Positions 17,634-26,499 of a stretch of DNA of 32,000 bases are shown in pieces (position 1 is the first letter of the stretch; every line of letters begins with the position of its first letter). This DNA comes from Halogeometricum borinquense DSM 11551 (lineage in GTDB: Archaea > Halobacteriota > Halobacteria > Halobacteriales > Haloferacaceae), in assembly GCF_000172995.2 (NCBI RefSeq), contig NC_014729.1, forward strand, positions 2,460,001 to 2,492,000, read 5' to 3'. Position numbers and translations under genes: made by a program. The notes under the pieces are model-generated. The model saw only the letters and a program-made list of their open reading frames with translations, did no database searches and was not told the DNA's origin.

Positions 17634-18164
17634 ATGGACAATATTGACAGACAATCGAACAGAAACCGAGTGCTGAGCGGTATCGCCGTTCTCGCCGCCG
17701 GGTTACTGGTGGCCGCAGCGACCGGTGCGTACCGGGCGTTCTCCTTTCTCGCCATCGGTCTCCTTGTCGGGACGATCGCCGTGGCGTCGGTGGAGCGAAA
17801 CGTCCGTGAACTCGACTTCGCACCGTACAACGGGCTTGTCATCGGCTGGACAGCCGTTTTCACGGTCGGATTTACGGGTATCTGGATGTTGTGGGACCCG
17901 GGCGTAACGTCGTACACGTACGTTCTCGGGCTTCCGACTCCGACACTCGTTTACGCCACCTGCATCTGGCTGTTACCGATTTTAGGCGCGTTCTACTATG
18001 CGTTCGTCTTCGACGAAATCGGTGACGACGACATCGTCGAGGGAATCATGACGGACGCGCGCGAGGCGCAGCGCGGTCAGAACATCCCGCTCGGGCAGGA
18101 AGTGAAGGCCGATGGAAGTGGTGGCTCCGCTGGGACCGAGATGACCGACGGAGGTGAGGACTGA
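17634..18164 (+). CDS. membrane protein, probable accessory subunit of the downstream symporter
   Basis: 176 aa with about 4 TM helices and an acidic C-terminal tail. Its stop overlaps the symporter start (TGATG at 18162-18166). Confidence 0.7.
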   Translation: MDNIDRQSNRNRVLSGIAVLAAGLLVAAATGAYRAFSFLAIGLLVGTIAVASVERNVRELDFAPYNGLVIGWTAVFTVGFTGIWMLWDPGVTSYTYVLGLPTPTLVYATCIWLLPILGAFYYAFVFDEIGDDDIVEGIMTDAREAQRGQNIPLGQEVKADGSGGSAGTEMTDGGED

Positions 18165-19726
18165 TGGAACCGACACCGATGCAGGCGATACCCATCGCTG
18201 ACGACCCGTTCGTCCTCCTGTTCGGCAGTCTGTACATGCTGTTAGTCCTCGGCATCGGCGTCTGGGGCTACATGCAGACGGAGACGACGAGCGACTTCCT
18301 CATCACGGGCAAAAGTATCGGAACGTGGGTACTGGCGCTGACGGCGTTCTCGGTCATCCAATCGGGGTTCGGCTTCGTCGGCGGCCCCGAACTCGTCTAC
18401 TCGTTCGGCACGACGGCGCTGTGGATATTCTTCACCGCGCCGCTCGGGTTCATCGTCACCTGGGTCCTGCTGGCGAAACGGATGCGACTCCTCGCTGACA
18501 TCCGCGACGTGATGACGCTGGCCGATGGCATGTTCGTCCGCTACGAGAGTTCGTGGATGCGCGGCCTCACCGGCGTCGGCGTCCTCATCGGCGTCGTCGC
18601 CTACCTCGCAACGAACCTCGCCGCCCTCCAGTACGTCATGCGCGCCATCTTCGGTCTGCCCGTCATCTGGGGTCTGTTCATCGGCGCGGCCATCCTGCTG
18701 CTGTACAGTATGCTCGGCGGGATGATCGCGGGCGTCTGGACCGACTTCGTGCAGGCGCTCACGATGATCGTCGGGTCCGTCCTCGTGTTCGCGTTCGCGC
18801 TGTCGTTCGGCGGCGGGATGACGAACATCTCACAGAACCTCGCATCCGCAGACCCGGCGCTCGTCTCGCCGTTCGGCGCGATGAGCGGAGCCACCGCCAC
18901 CATCTTCGTCGCCCTCGGATGGTGGATTCTGTTCTCCATCGGCGCGGCCGGACAACCGCACCTCATCACGAAGTTCTACATGAGTCGCAACCTGAAGATT
19001 CTGCGCTGGGGCGCGCCCATCGCGGCCGTCACGTACGCCGTCTCCAGTCTACTTGCGTTCTCCACCGGCCTCTCGATGCGCGCGATGGTCGAGGCCGGAC
19101 AGACCGCGGCCCCAAAGAGCGCCTCCGTCGTCGGTCCGGTGTTCGTCCTCGAACACACGCCGGGCGTCGTCGCCGGACTCATCCTCGCGGCGTTGCTCGC
19201 GGCGATCATGAGTACGAGCGACTCGTTTCTCAACATCGGCGCGGCCGCCGTCTCGCGCGACATCCCGCGCGCACTCGGGCGTCCCATCGAGGACGACCAG
19301 ACGGAACTCCGAGTGACGCAGGCGGCCCTGGCCGGGTTGACCATCGCCTCGACGCTCATCGTCTACTACTCAGACGCGCTGGTCGGTATCCTCGGTACCA
19401 TCGGTTGGGGCTTCTTCGCGGCCGCGTTCTTCGCCATCGCCGCGCTCGGTCTCAACTGGAAAGGAGCCACCCGTGAGGGTGCAGTTGCGGCCATCGCCAT
19501 TGGACTCGCTATCAACCTCCTGTACAGCGCAGTCCCGCGAATCGCATCCACCATCGGGATCGACGGTCTCAGTGAGTCCGTCATGGGACTGTACCCGTTC
19601 CCGTCCGGCTTCCCCGTCGGCACTGTGGCCCTGCTGGCCGGTATCGTTTCCTTCGTCGCCGTCTCGCTGGCGACGCAGGACAGACATCTGGTCCCCGCTG
19701 ACATCGCGGTCCTCCTAGAACGATGA
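18164..19726 (+). CDS. sodium:solute symporter (SSS) family transporter
   Basis: 520 aa with about 13 TM helices. The sequence character is typical of the SSS family (for example GKSIGTWVLALTAFSVIQSG, GGMIAGVWTDFVQAL). Confidence 0.9.
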   Translation: MEPTPMQAIPIADDPFVLLFGSLYMLLVLGIGVWGYMQTETTSDFLITGKSIGTWVLALTAFSVIQSGFGFVGGPELVYSFGTTALWIFFTAPLGFIVTWVLLAKRMRLLADIRDVMTLADGMFVRYESSWMRGLTGVGVLIGVVAYLATNLAALQYVMRAIFGLPVIWGLFIGAAILLLYSMLGGMIAGVWTDFVQALTMIVGSVLVFAFALSFGGGMTNISQNLASADPALVSPFGAMSGATATIFVALGWWILFSIGAAGQPHLITKFYMSRNLKILRWGAPIAAVTYAVSSLLAFSTGLSMRAMVEAGQTAAPKSASVVGPVFVLEHTPGVVAGLILAALLAAIMSTSDSFLNIGAAAVSRDIPRALGRPIEDDQTELRVTQAALAGLTIASTLIVYYSDALVGILGTIGWGFFAAAFFAIAALGLNWKGATREGAVAAIAIGLAINLLYSAVPRIASTIGIDGLSESVMGLYPFPSGFPVGTVALLAGIVSFVAVSLATQDRHLVPADIAVLLER

Positions 19727-20241
19727 CGGCCGAAATCGAACCCATGGACAGAGACGACAGCACGGGTGAGGAAAGAACGAGTGAGACACAGGAGACTCCC
19801 GAACGAGTCCACCTCACTCGGTGGTTCCGGCAACGCCCCACGTCCCTCGAGTTCTGGGACGCCGTCGTGACGGACGACAGCCTCGTCTGGTGCTTCCTCG
19901 GCGAGTCGTTCAAGTCGCTGCTTCTCCGCGCGGACGTGAGCGAGTACAGTCGCAAGGAGGTTGAAAACTGTGCGAACGACGGACTCCCCGAACTGAGCGA
20001 ACAAAACATCTCGGTCCCCCTTTCGGCCCTCCAACGCATCGAACTCGACACCGGGGCGCGCTTCCGCCGATCCAAACTGACAGTCACGTGGGAACAGACG
20101 GATGGAGACGGTACTGTCACGTGGGAACTGTACGGAACAAGCGACTCGGACCCGCAAGTAGAACTAGTCGAATCACTCGCGGCAGACGACCGCTTCTCGC
20201 ACGTGGACGTTCACATCCACCGGCGATCAGGACTGCTGTAG
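19723..20241 (+). CDS. hypothetical acidic cytoplasmic protein translationally coupled to the symporter
   Basis: 172 aa, with an ATGA overlap with the symporter stop. I recognised no motif; a PH-like beta fold is only a guess. Confidence 0.6.
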   Translation: MTAEIEPMDRDDSTGEERTSETQETPERVHLTRWFRQRPTSLEFWDAVVTDDSLVWCFLGESFKSLLLRADVSEYSRKEVENCANDGLPELSEQNISVPLSALQRIELDTGARFRRSKLTVTWEQTDGDGTVTWELYGTSDSDPQVELVESLAADDRFSHVDVHIHRRSGLL

Positions 20242-21033
20242 GTTAACACGCTTCTGATTTTCGCGCTGTCGTTGCTCGCGTTCGTGCTGTGTGTGTTCGT
20301 GTGGCTTCTCACGCCCGGTCGTGAGCGCAGTTTCATCGATTGTTTCGAGCGTCTCGACGACGCTTCCGAGGACCTTCTTTTCTCCCCGACGGAGGTTCTT
20401 CGAGACGCTCGTTTTCGAGACATCGAACTCCTCGGCCAGTGTTGTCAGTGATGCGTCCCGCGGTGTCTCGAAGTACCCCGCCTTGACGGCTTTCGAGAGC
20501 GTCTCCTGTTCGACCCTCGAAAGGTTCCGACAGGTATCCAAGTAGTCGGTCGCCACGTCGATGTTCTGAACCACGTCGAGGTAGTCTTCCAACGAGATGG
20601 AGTTCCGTGCCTCGACGGAGTAGTCGTTCTCGCGTTCGAGGTCCGAAAGCGCCTCGTCGGCGTCCTGGGAGGTGTCGAAACCGACGTTCCACAGTTCGCT
20701 TCCGTCCCGAATCTGGAACGGCCCGGTGATGTAGCCGTCGTGCTCGCGGATGACGCGCATCGCGTTCGTCTCGTGAATAAACGACTTGATGACCGCCGAC
20801 TCTCCCTGTCGGGAGAGGAGGTCGAATCCGCGCATCCCCGGTTGTTCCTTCAGCGAACTCAACCCCTCCGTGAGCGCGCCGCGACTCGCCCCCGTGACGA
20901 GGATGCGCGTCTCCAACGCCTCGCGCGCGGGGTCGAAGTCCCAGTGCATCGTGTGGAACGAAACATCGACGTCGTCGGTGACGGCGATGTACGGGCAGTC
21001 GTACTGCACCATGTCCATGGTCATCGAGAGCAT
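20227..21033 (-). CDS. HTH_10 (bacterio-opsin activator-type) transcriptional regulator
   Basis: 268 aa. The C-terminal LSRVEQETLSKAVKAGYFETPRDASLTTLAEEFDVSKTSVSKNLRRGEKKVL is the classic HTH_10 motif. Which of the clustered N-terminal Met codons is the start remains uncertain. Confidence 0.8.
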   Translation of the reverse strand: MLSMTMDMVQYDCPYIAVTDDVDVSFHTMHWDFDPAREALETRILVTGASRGALTEGLSSLKEQPGMRGFDLLSRQGESAVIKSFIHETNAMRVIREHDGYITGPFQIRDGSELWNVGFDTSQDADEALSDLERENDYSVEARNSISLEDYLDVVQNIDVATDYLDTCRNLSRVEQETLSKAVKAGYFETPRDASLTTLAEEFDVSKTSVSKNLRRGEKKVLGSVVETLETIDETALTTGREKPHEHTQHEREQRQRENQKRVNLQQS

Positions 21034-21081
21034 TATGCACAGTAGTTCGCTACAGACCTATGAACGTTGAGGCCGACCCGA

Positions 21082-21093
21082 TTCACATGTGAA
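21082..21093. promoter_or_regulatory. perfect 12-bp palindrome TTCACATGTGAA in a divergent promoter region
   Basis: Read directly from the sequence. It lies between the HTH_10 regulator (minus strand) and the SDR gene (plus strand), about 40 nt upstream of the SDR ATG and next to a TTATT TATA-like element. Confidence 0.3.
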
Positions 21094-21132
21094 CCCGGCG
21101 TTATTCGCAGGCAGAGAACGAGAATAAAAGAC

Positions 21133-22008
21133 ATGCGCGAGGCAGAGACAGACGCAGACGACCGTATCGAACCGCCGACGTTCGACCCAGCGGATATCCT
21201 GTTCGTGGACGACGACCACTTCACCACAGAAAACGTCGCTGTCATCACAGGTGCAGGGTCGGGAATCGGTCGCGCGACGGCCCTCGCGTGCGCGGCGAAC
21301 GGGCTCACCGTCGCCGCAACGGACGTAGACGGCGAGGGCCTGACGGACACACAAGAGAAAGCTGCCGAACACGACCTCTCGGGAACCGTCGTGACCGTCG
21401 AGGCCGACCTCGCCGACGACGACGAACTGGAAGGAATCGTCGAGACGGCCGCCGACCACGGCACGGTGCGCTATCTCGCCAACGTCGCCGGACTCCAGCA
21501 CATCGATCCCATCGAGGAGTTCCCGATGGAGCAGTACGACCTGATGCACGATGTGATGCTTCGGGCACCGCTGTATCTGTCGAAACTGGTCGTCCCGCAC
21601 ATACGAGCGACGGACGACGGCGTCGGCGTCGTCGGCAATATGGCGTCAGTCCACGGCCACTACGTCACCGGCGACAAAGTCGGATACAACGTCTCAAAGT
21701 TCGGTCTTCGCGGCCTCACACAGTCTATCGCGGCGGAAGGTGACGGGTCTCTTCGGTCGTTTTCGGTCAGCACCGGCTACGTGAAGACGCCGCTCGTCAC
21801 GAACCAGATACCAGATACGGCAGAGCAACGCGGGATCTCCGTGGACGAAGTGATAGAAAACGTGATGCTCGGACAGTCGCGCACGAAGGAGATGATGACG
21901 CCGGGAGAGGTGGCGAACCTGTTCGTCTTCGGCTTCTCGAAGCACGCAAAACATCTCAACGGAGGCGACTTGCGCTTCGATGGCGGGATGACGCTGACGT
22001 ACGAGTAG
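21133..22008 (+). CDS. short-chain dehydrogenase/reductase (SDR), 3-hydroxyacyl/3-hydroxybutyrate dehydrogenase-like
   Basis: VAVITGAGSGIGRATA is the TGxxxGxG NAD(P)-binding motif, and YNVSKFGLRGL is the YxxxK active site. I prefer the ATG at 21133 over the track start at 21067. Confidence 0.85.
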   Translation: MREAETDADDRIEPPTFDPADILFVDDDHFTTENVAVITGAGSGIGRATALACAANGLTVAATDVDGEGLTDTQEKAAEHDLSGTVVTVEADLADDDELEGIVETAADHGTVRYLANVAGLQHIDPIEEFPMEQYDLMHDVMLRAPLYLSKLVVPHIRATDDGVGVVGNMASVHGHYVTGDKVGYNVSKFGLRGLTQSIAAEGDGSLRSFSVSTGYVKTPLVTNQIPDTAEQRGISVDEVIENVMLGQSRTKEMMTPGEVANLFVFGFSKHAKHLNGGDLRFDGGMTLTYE

Positions 22009-22057
22009 CCGGCAAAGCTCACGAACGAATAGCTGGCAAAAAAGACGGTGAGATCCG

Positions 22058-22504
22058 TTAGGCGTCGTCCGGAACCGCGCCCATCTGTTGGAGCGCGCTG
22101 TGGGTGTCCTCTCGGTCCCAGATTTCGACTATTTTGCCGTCCTCGAAGCGGAACATCGAGATACCGGGATTGGTCTTTCGTTCGCCGTCGGGTTCGATGC
22201 CGTCGTACGGTTCCTCGAACGTGCCGGAAACAGTCCACCGTGACGCGCCACCGTCAGCCTGCGCGACGATATCGTGAATCTCCACTGAGAACCCGCTGAA
22301 GGAATCGTGAATGTCCGTCAGTCTCTCTCGGAACGCCTCGATACCGTGCGTCTCCTCGCCATCGAAGGCTCCGTGTACCACAACTTCCTCGGCTAACACC
22401 TCGTCTGCCGCCGCAAGGCCTCCTTCGGTAATTTCGTGGTAGCGACGTATCTTCTCCGCGTTACGACGACTCTGCTCTGGATCGTATTGTGTGTCTGTCT
22501 GCAT
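22058..22504 (-). CDS. SnoaL-like / ester cyclase (NTF2-fold) protein
   Basis: From ATG 22504 it reads MQTDTQYDPEQSRRNAEKIRRYHEI...GKIVEIWDREDTHSALQQMG, which matches the SnoaL-like ester cyclase pattern. The upstream 30 codons of the track ORF lie in AT-rich sequence and are unlikely to be coding. Confidence 0.75.
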   Translation of the reverse strand: MQTDTQYDPEQSRRNAEKIRRYHEITEGGLAAADEVLAEEVVVHGAFDGEETHGIEAFRERLTDIHDSFSGFSVEIHDIVAQADGGASRWTVSGTFEEPYDGIEPDGERKTNPGISMFRFEDGKIVEIWDREDTHSALQQMGAVPDDA

Positions 22505-22805
22505 ACCGTCTCCTCTCACGGATTTCGCGTCTGTGTTGAATCCACCATCAGGACGGTCGGACTCGGCGAGAAACCCACCACAGATACGGCACAAATGATG
22601 ATTATAGTTTCGGCATGTCGTGACAGTTGGTATATGGAATCACGAGGAGCTGTTTCACACAATATTGAACGTGGTGGCCCACAAAACGGGTGACAACAGC
22701 CGAACATTTGTTCGCATAGCGCCGTTATACTGCGATATATGTGAACTAAGGACGAACAGTCCGTCGATTCGGTGGGAATATATGCGGGAATCATAACGGT
22801 CAAAT

Positions 22806-24212
22806 ATGCCTGTTCAACCAGACGGAACGCTCCTGTATCCGGTCGTCGGATACCTGCTTCTTATGGGCGTTATCGCAGCGTGGTCGTACGGCAACACTGA
22901 TAGTGTGGATGACTTCATGCTGGCGGGCCGGGGACTCGGAACCGTCATCATCGCGGGGACGTTGCTCGCCACGTGGATGGGTTCGGGGAGTATTACGGGG
23001 AGTACAAACTCACTCGCGTACTCGTACGGACTCTGGCCGGCCGTCCTGTCGGGAACGTCCGCACTCGTCGGTATCGGCGTACTGTGGTTCCTGTCGTCCC
23101 GCATTCGGGGCTATGACAAGTACACGATTCCCGAAATCCTCGGTGACGGAATCGGTAAGGAGGCGAAGGCGATTGGTCTCGTGACCATCGCAGCGGCGTA
23201 CGTCGGCATCGTCTCGTACCAGTTCACCGGCTTCGGATTCGTCCTCAACGTCACGACGGGCATTCCGGTCGAGACAGGGACGCTCATCGGTGCGGCCCTC
23301 ATCATCATTCTCGCCACGACCGGCGGCCTGATGTCGGTCGCTTACACCGACGCGATCAGTGCGCTTCTGATGGCCGTCGGCCTCATCGTCGGTCTGCCGT
23401 TCATCCTCTCCAGTGCGGGCGGTGTGGAAACGGTCACGTCGAACGTCTCCTCGTCGCCGTTCGGTTCGCTGACCGGACTTCAGTTCCTCGGCTACTGGGC
23501 ACCGGCACTACTCCTGATTCTGGCCGACCAGAACATGTACCAGCGTATCGTCGCTGGTGGCTCGAACGAAGAAACGGATCACGGTATCGGCATCTGGTTC
23601 ATCGGCGTCGCGGTGACGAGTACGATTATCCCAGTGATCGCCTTCGCCGCCCGGTCGCTATTCCCGGACATCGAACCCGGCATGGCGATGATTGCGATGA
23701 CGACCGTCATTCCGACGTGGATCGGCGGTATCCTACTGGCGGCCGCAGCGGCCTTCGTCATCACCACGGGGACCTCGTACCTCCTCTCGGCGAGTACGAA
23801 CATTTCACAGGACCTCTACCGCGGGTTCATCAACCCCAATGCGTCCGACAAGCAAGTGTTCTGGATGACCCGAGTGACCGTGGTCGTCCTCGGGGCGTTC
23901 GCATTCGTGCTCGGACAGTACTTCCCGACGATTCTGTCGCTTCAGATGCTCGCGTACACGGCCTACGGCGCAACCATCACTCCTGCGCTGTTCGCCGTCT
24001 TCCTGATGCGCGGCCACCTGACGAAACTCGGCGGCGTCTCGGGGATGGTGGCCGGATTCTCCGCCACGATCATCTGGTCTCGGGTACTCGCAAAGCCGTT
24101 TGACCTGAACGCGGTCATCGTCTCCGCGCCGATTGCTGCAATCGTGATTATCGCCGTCAGCCTCGTCACGGGATCGACGCAGTCGCAGGCTGTCACTTCT
24201 GGTCAGGACTAA
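22806..24212 (+). CDS. sodium:solute symporter (SSS) family transporter (second copy)
   Basis: 468 aa with about 13 TM helices and SSS-like sequence (DDFMLAGRGLGTVIIAGTLLATWMGSGSITG). Confidence 0.9.
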   Translation: MPVQPDGTLLYPVVGYLLLMGVIAAWSYGNTDSVDDFMLAGRGLGTVIIAGTLLATWMGSGSITGSTNSLAYSYGLWPAVLSGTSALVGIGVLWFLSSRIRGYDKYTIPEILGDGIGKEAKAIGLVTIAAAYVGIVSYQFTGFGFVLNVTTGIPVETGTLIGAALIIILATTGGLMSVAYTDAISALLMAVGLIVGLPFILSSAGGVETVTSNVSSSPFGSLTGLQFLGYWAPALLLILADQNMYQRIVAGGSNEETDHGIGIWFIGVAVTSTIIPVIAFAARSLFPDIEPGMAMIAMTTVIPTWIGGILLAAAAAFVITTGTSYLLSASTNISQDLYRGFINPNASDKQVFWMTRVTVVVLGAFAFVLGQYFPTILSLQMLAYTAYGATITPALFAVFLMRGHLTKLGGVSGMVAGFSATIIWSRVLAKPFDLNAVIVSAPIAAIVIIAVSLVTGSTQSQAVTSGQD

Positions 24213-24298
24213 CGCGGACAAATATTCGCTGACGGCGTTTTATTGCGACGTGCCGCGGTGGACATTCGGCCGTAGCGGCAACTCGGTCGCCGAATGTA

Positions 24299-25036
24299 CT
24301 ACTGTGGGGCGAACCGCCCTCGTTCACGGGAGAGAATCCGCTCCCAGAGCGTGAACAGGGCGCTATTCAGTTCGTACCGACGGTTTACGTCGCGCGCCCA
24401 CACGTCGTCTGTGAACAAGAGGTGTTGGAACCGCCGAACGGTCGGCGTCAAATCATCCATCGTTTTCTCACCAACGTAATAGGCAACAGTCTCCTCACGG
24501 GTGCGAGCGACTAACTCCGGCGGTACCGGGAGACCGCACTCGGTGGCGACGTAGTCGAACCACTCCAAGTGCGTGATCGCGTCGGCAAAGGCGAATCGAT
24601 CAACGAATCCTGACACCCGATCAATCGCCGGGCTTCCTTCATAGAGTACGTCCCGCGGACGACTGAACCGCGGGAGCGACACGTGATCCAGCGTATCGGC
24701 GTACTTACGGGCCACGCGTCGAAGTCGCCAGTCGGCGTAGTGCGTCGGCCCGGTCAACGCCAGTTCGTACCAAAGCGGGGTCCACTCCAAAAACGGCGGA
24801 CCGAACGCGGCGTCGGCGAGTAAGTCGGCGACGATGGTCTGGGCAACTTCAACGGCCACATCGCCACCGGTTCGGTTGGCACGCATCGCCGCCTCCGCCT
24901 CGTCAGCGAGCGCAGGAAAATCGCCCGTCGGAAACCCCATCCCTTCCGCAACCCGGATAACGTAATCCGCGCCAGGCCGATACCAGTCAGCGAAGTCCGC
25001 AGGAGTCCGCAGTGGGGCGAGTGCGAGAACGGTCAC
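24299..25036 (-). CDS. hypothetical protein, last gene of the MinD-like block
   Basis: 245 aa with a GTG start, acidic, Trp-rich, with no TM segment or signal. It has high third-position GC, and lies 46 nt downstream of and co-oriented with 25083-25640. Confidence 0.65.
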   Translation of the reverse strand: MTVLALAPLRTPADFADWYRPGADYVIRVAEGMGFPTGDFPALADEAEAAMRANRTGGDVAVEVAQTIVADLLADAAFGPPFLEWTPLWYELALTGPTHYADWRLRRVARKYADTLDHVSLPRFSRPRDVLYEGSPAIDRVSGFVDRFAFADAITHLEWFDYVATECGLPVPPELVARTREETVAYYVGEKTMDDLTPTVRRFQHLLFTDDVWARDVNRRYELNSALFTLWERILSRERGRFAPQ

Positions 25037-25082
25037 ATCGGCCCTTTGGCCTGCGATGGTATAGGTAATCCGACCTGACTAG

Positions 25083-25640
25083 TCATCTGTCCAATTGGTC
25101 AGTCAGACCCCACTCTTCGGCACGCGACTGCGCTTCCTGTCGTGCCTCGGCCTTGATGGCCTCGATTCGGTCGGCGTCCGCAAGGAACTCCTCGACCGAA
25201 CTCTGTTCGTCCGCCAACCGATGGTCGGGCGCGGCATCTCGGGTCCGCTCTGCGAGTTCCGGGTCGGCCGCAAGGCGGTCCGCCGGTCGCGCAGGCGGAA
25301 CGCGACACGTCTCGTCCCGATGAGCGACAGCCACGTCCTCAGGGTCGAGTTCGAACAGTTCGACGCGGTAAGGTCCCGCGGCGTCGAGCGCCGCGAGAGC
25401 GTCGGGACCGCCGCGGTCCGTCGCGGCGTCGTAGGCGAGAACCGGAACCCCCTCCTCGAACGTCAGGACAGTTGCGTCGTCGCCACCACCGAGGAGCGAC
25501 CCCTGTGGTTCGAAGACGACGTATCCGGTAAGTTCTCGGTCGAGCACCGCCGCGAGCGTTTTGTCAGCATCGCTCACGACGCGTGACTGAAGGAGATCAC
25601 CCTCGGGAATCCGAAACGGTGAGTCCGACTGCACGGTCAC
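25083..25640 (-). CDS. hypothetical acidic protein translationally coupled to the MinD/ParA ATPase
   Basis: 185 aa. The GTG start overlaps the MinD stop (GTGA at 25637-25640). It has an N-terminal globular domain of about 110 aa, an acidic linker and a C-terminal amphipathic helix (EEFLADADRIEAIKAEARQEAQSRAEEWG). Confidence 0.65.
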   Translation of the reverse strand: MTVQSDSPFRIPEGDLLQSRVVSDADKTLAAVLDRELTGYVVFEPQGSLLGGGDDATVLTFEEGVPVLAYDAATDRGGPDALAALDAAGPYRVELFELDPEDVAVAHRDETCRVPPARPADRLAADPELAERTRDAAPDHRLADEQSSVEEFLADADRIEAIKAEARQEAQSRAEEWGLTDQLDR

Positions 25641-26410
25641 ACCCGGTCCGGAAGCACGGCACTTCGGAAGCGGTCCGCGACGCCCGCCGCGTCACCGTCG
25701 CGCACGTCGAGATTTGCGGCCGCCTCGTAGAACGCGTCGGCCGCCGGATCCTCGGGTGCGTGGGCCAAAAGCGGTTCGCCCGCCCGTCGCGCGGCCCTGA
25801 CGGCGTCGCTCTCGGGGACCGACGCCAGCGTCGTCCCGCCGAAGTAGCGCGATGCCTGTTCTGCAATGTTCTCTGTGTCCTCGTCGGGCCGGACGCGGTT
25901 GAAGAGGACGCCGGCCGTTTCAGTGCCGTAGGAGCGAGCGTACTCCTGTACCTTCAGTCCGTCCGAGAGGGATGGAACGGTCGGTTGGAGGACCACCACG
26001 ACTCGGTCGGCGAGAACGACGGGGAGAACGGCGCTTTTCGATCCGAGCGCGGCGGGTGAGTCGAGGAGGAGAACGTCCGTGTCGGCGGCGAGTTCAGCGA
26101 CCACTTCGCGGAGTCGGGCGGGGTCGGCCGCCTCGAATGCGGCGAGACTCGTCCCGCAGGGGACGACAGACATCCCGAAACGGTCGTAAACGGCGTCTTC
26201 GACGCTCGCATCGTGCCCCTCGACTAAGAGGTCGTGGAGCGTCACGTCGGCGTCGTCCAAGCCGGTGTGAAACAGGAGGTTCGCCATCCCCGTGTCGGCG
26301 TCGATAACGGTCACGTCGTACGTCTCGGCGAGAGCCATTCCGAGCGCCAGCGTACTCGTTGTCTTACCCGTGCCACCCTTCCCGCTGGCGACGGCGAACG
26401 CTTCGACCAT
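25637..26410 (-). CDS. MinD/ParA-family P-loop ATPase
   Basis: 257 aa. It has the deviant Walker A (VASGKGGTGKTTSTLALG), then VIDADTGMANL, and a Walker B-like VLLLDSPAALG. Confidence 0.9.
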   Translation of the reverse strand: MVEAFAVASGKGGTGKTTSTLALGMALAETYDVTVIDADTGMANLLFHTGLDDADVTLHDLLVEGHDASVEDAVYDRFGMSVVPCGTSLAAFEAADPARLREVVAELAADTDVLLLDSPAALGSKSAVLPVVLADRVVVVLQPTVPSLSDGLKVQEYARSYGTETAGVLFNRVRPDEDTENIAEQASRYFGGTTLASVPESDAVRAARRAGEPLLAHAPEDPAADAFYEAAANLDVRDGDAAGVADRFRSAVLPDRV

Positions 26411-26499
26411 ACTCGCGCCTCGCGGTTCCCCGGGTTAAAGATTCGGACACGCGATGCGCTCGTCAGTGTCCGATGAGAAGTGAATCAAGACAGCCGAGT

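Noticed and set aside
21067-21132. Longer N-terminus for the SDR (track start 21067)
   Set aside because: It would read through the palindrome and TATA-like promoter sequence. The ATG at 21133 gives a normal acidic N-terminus.
22505-22594. Longer N-terminus for the SnoaL-like protein (MCRICGGFLAESDRPDGG...)
   Set aside because: The composition is atypical. The internal ATG at 22504 gives a full-length NTF2-fold protein.
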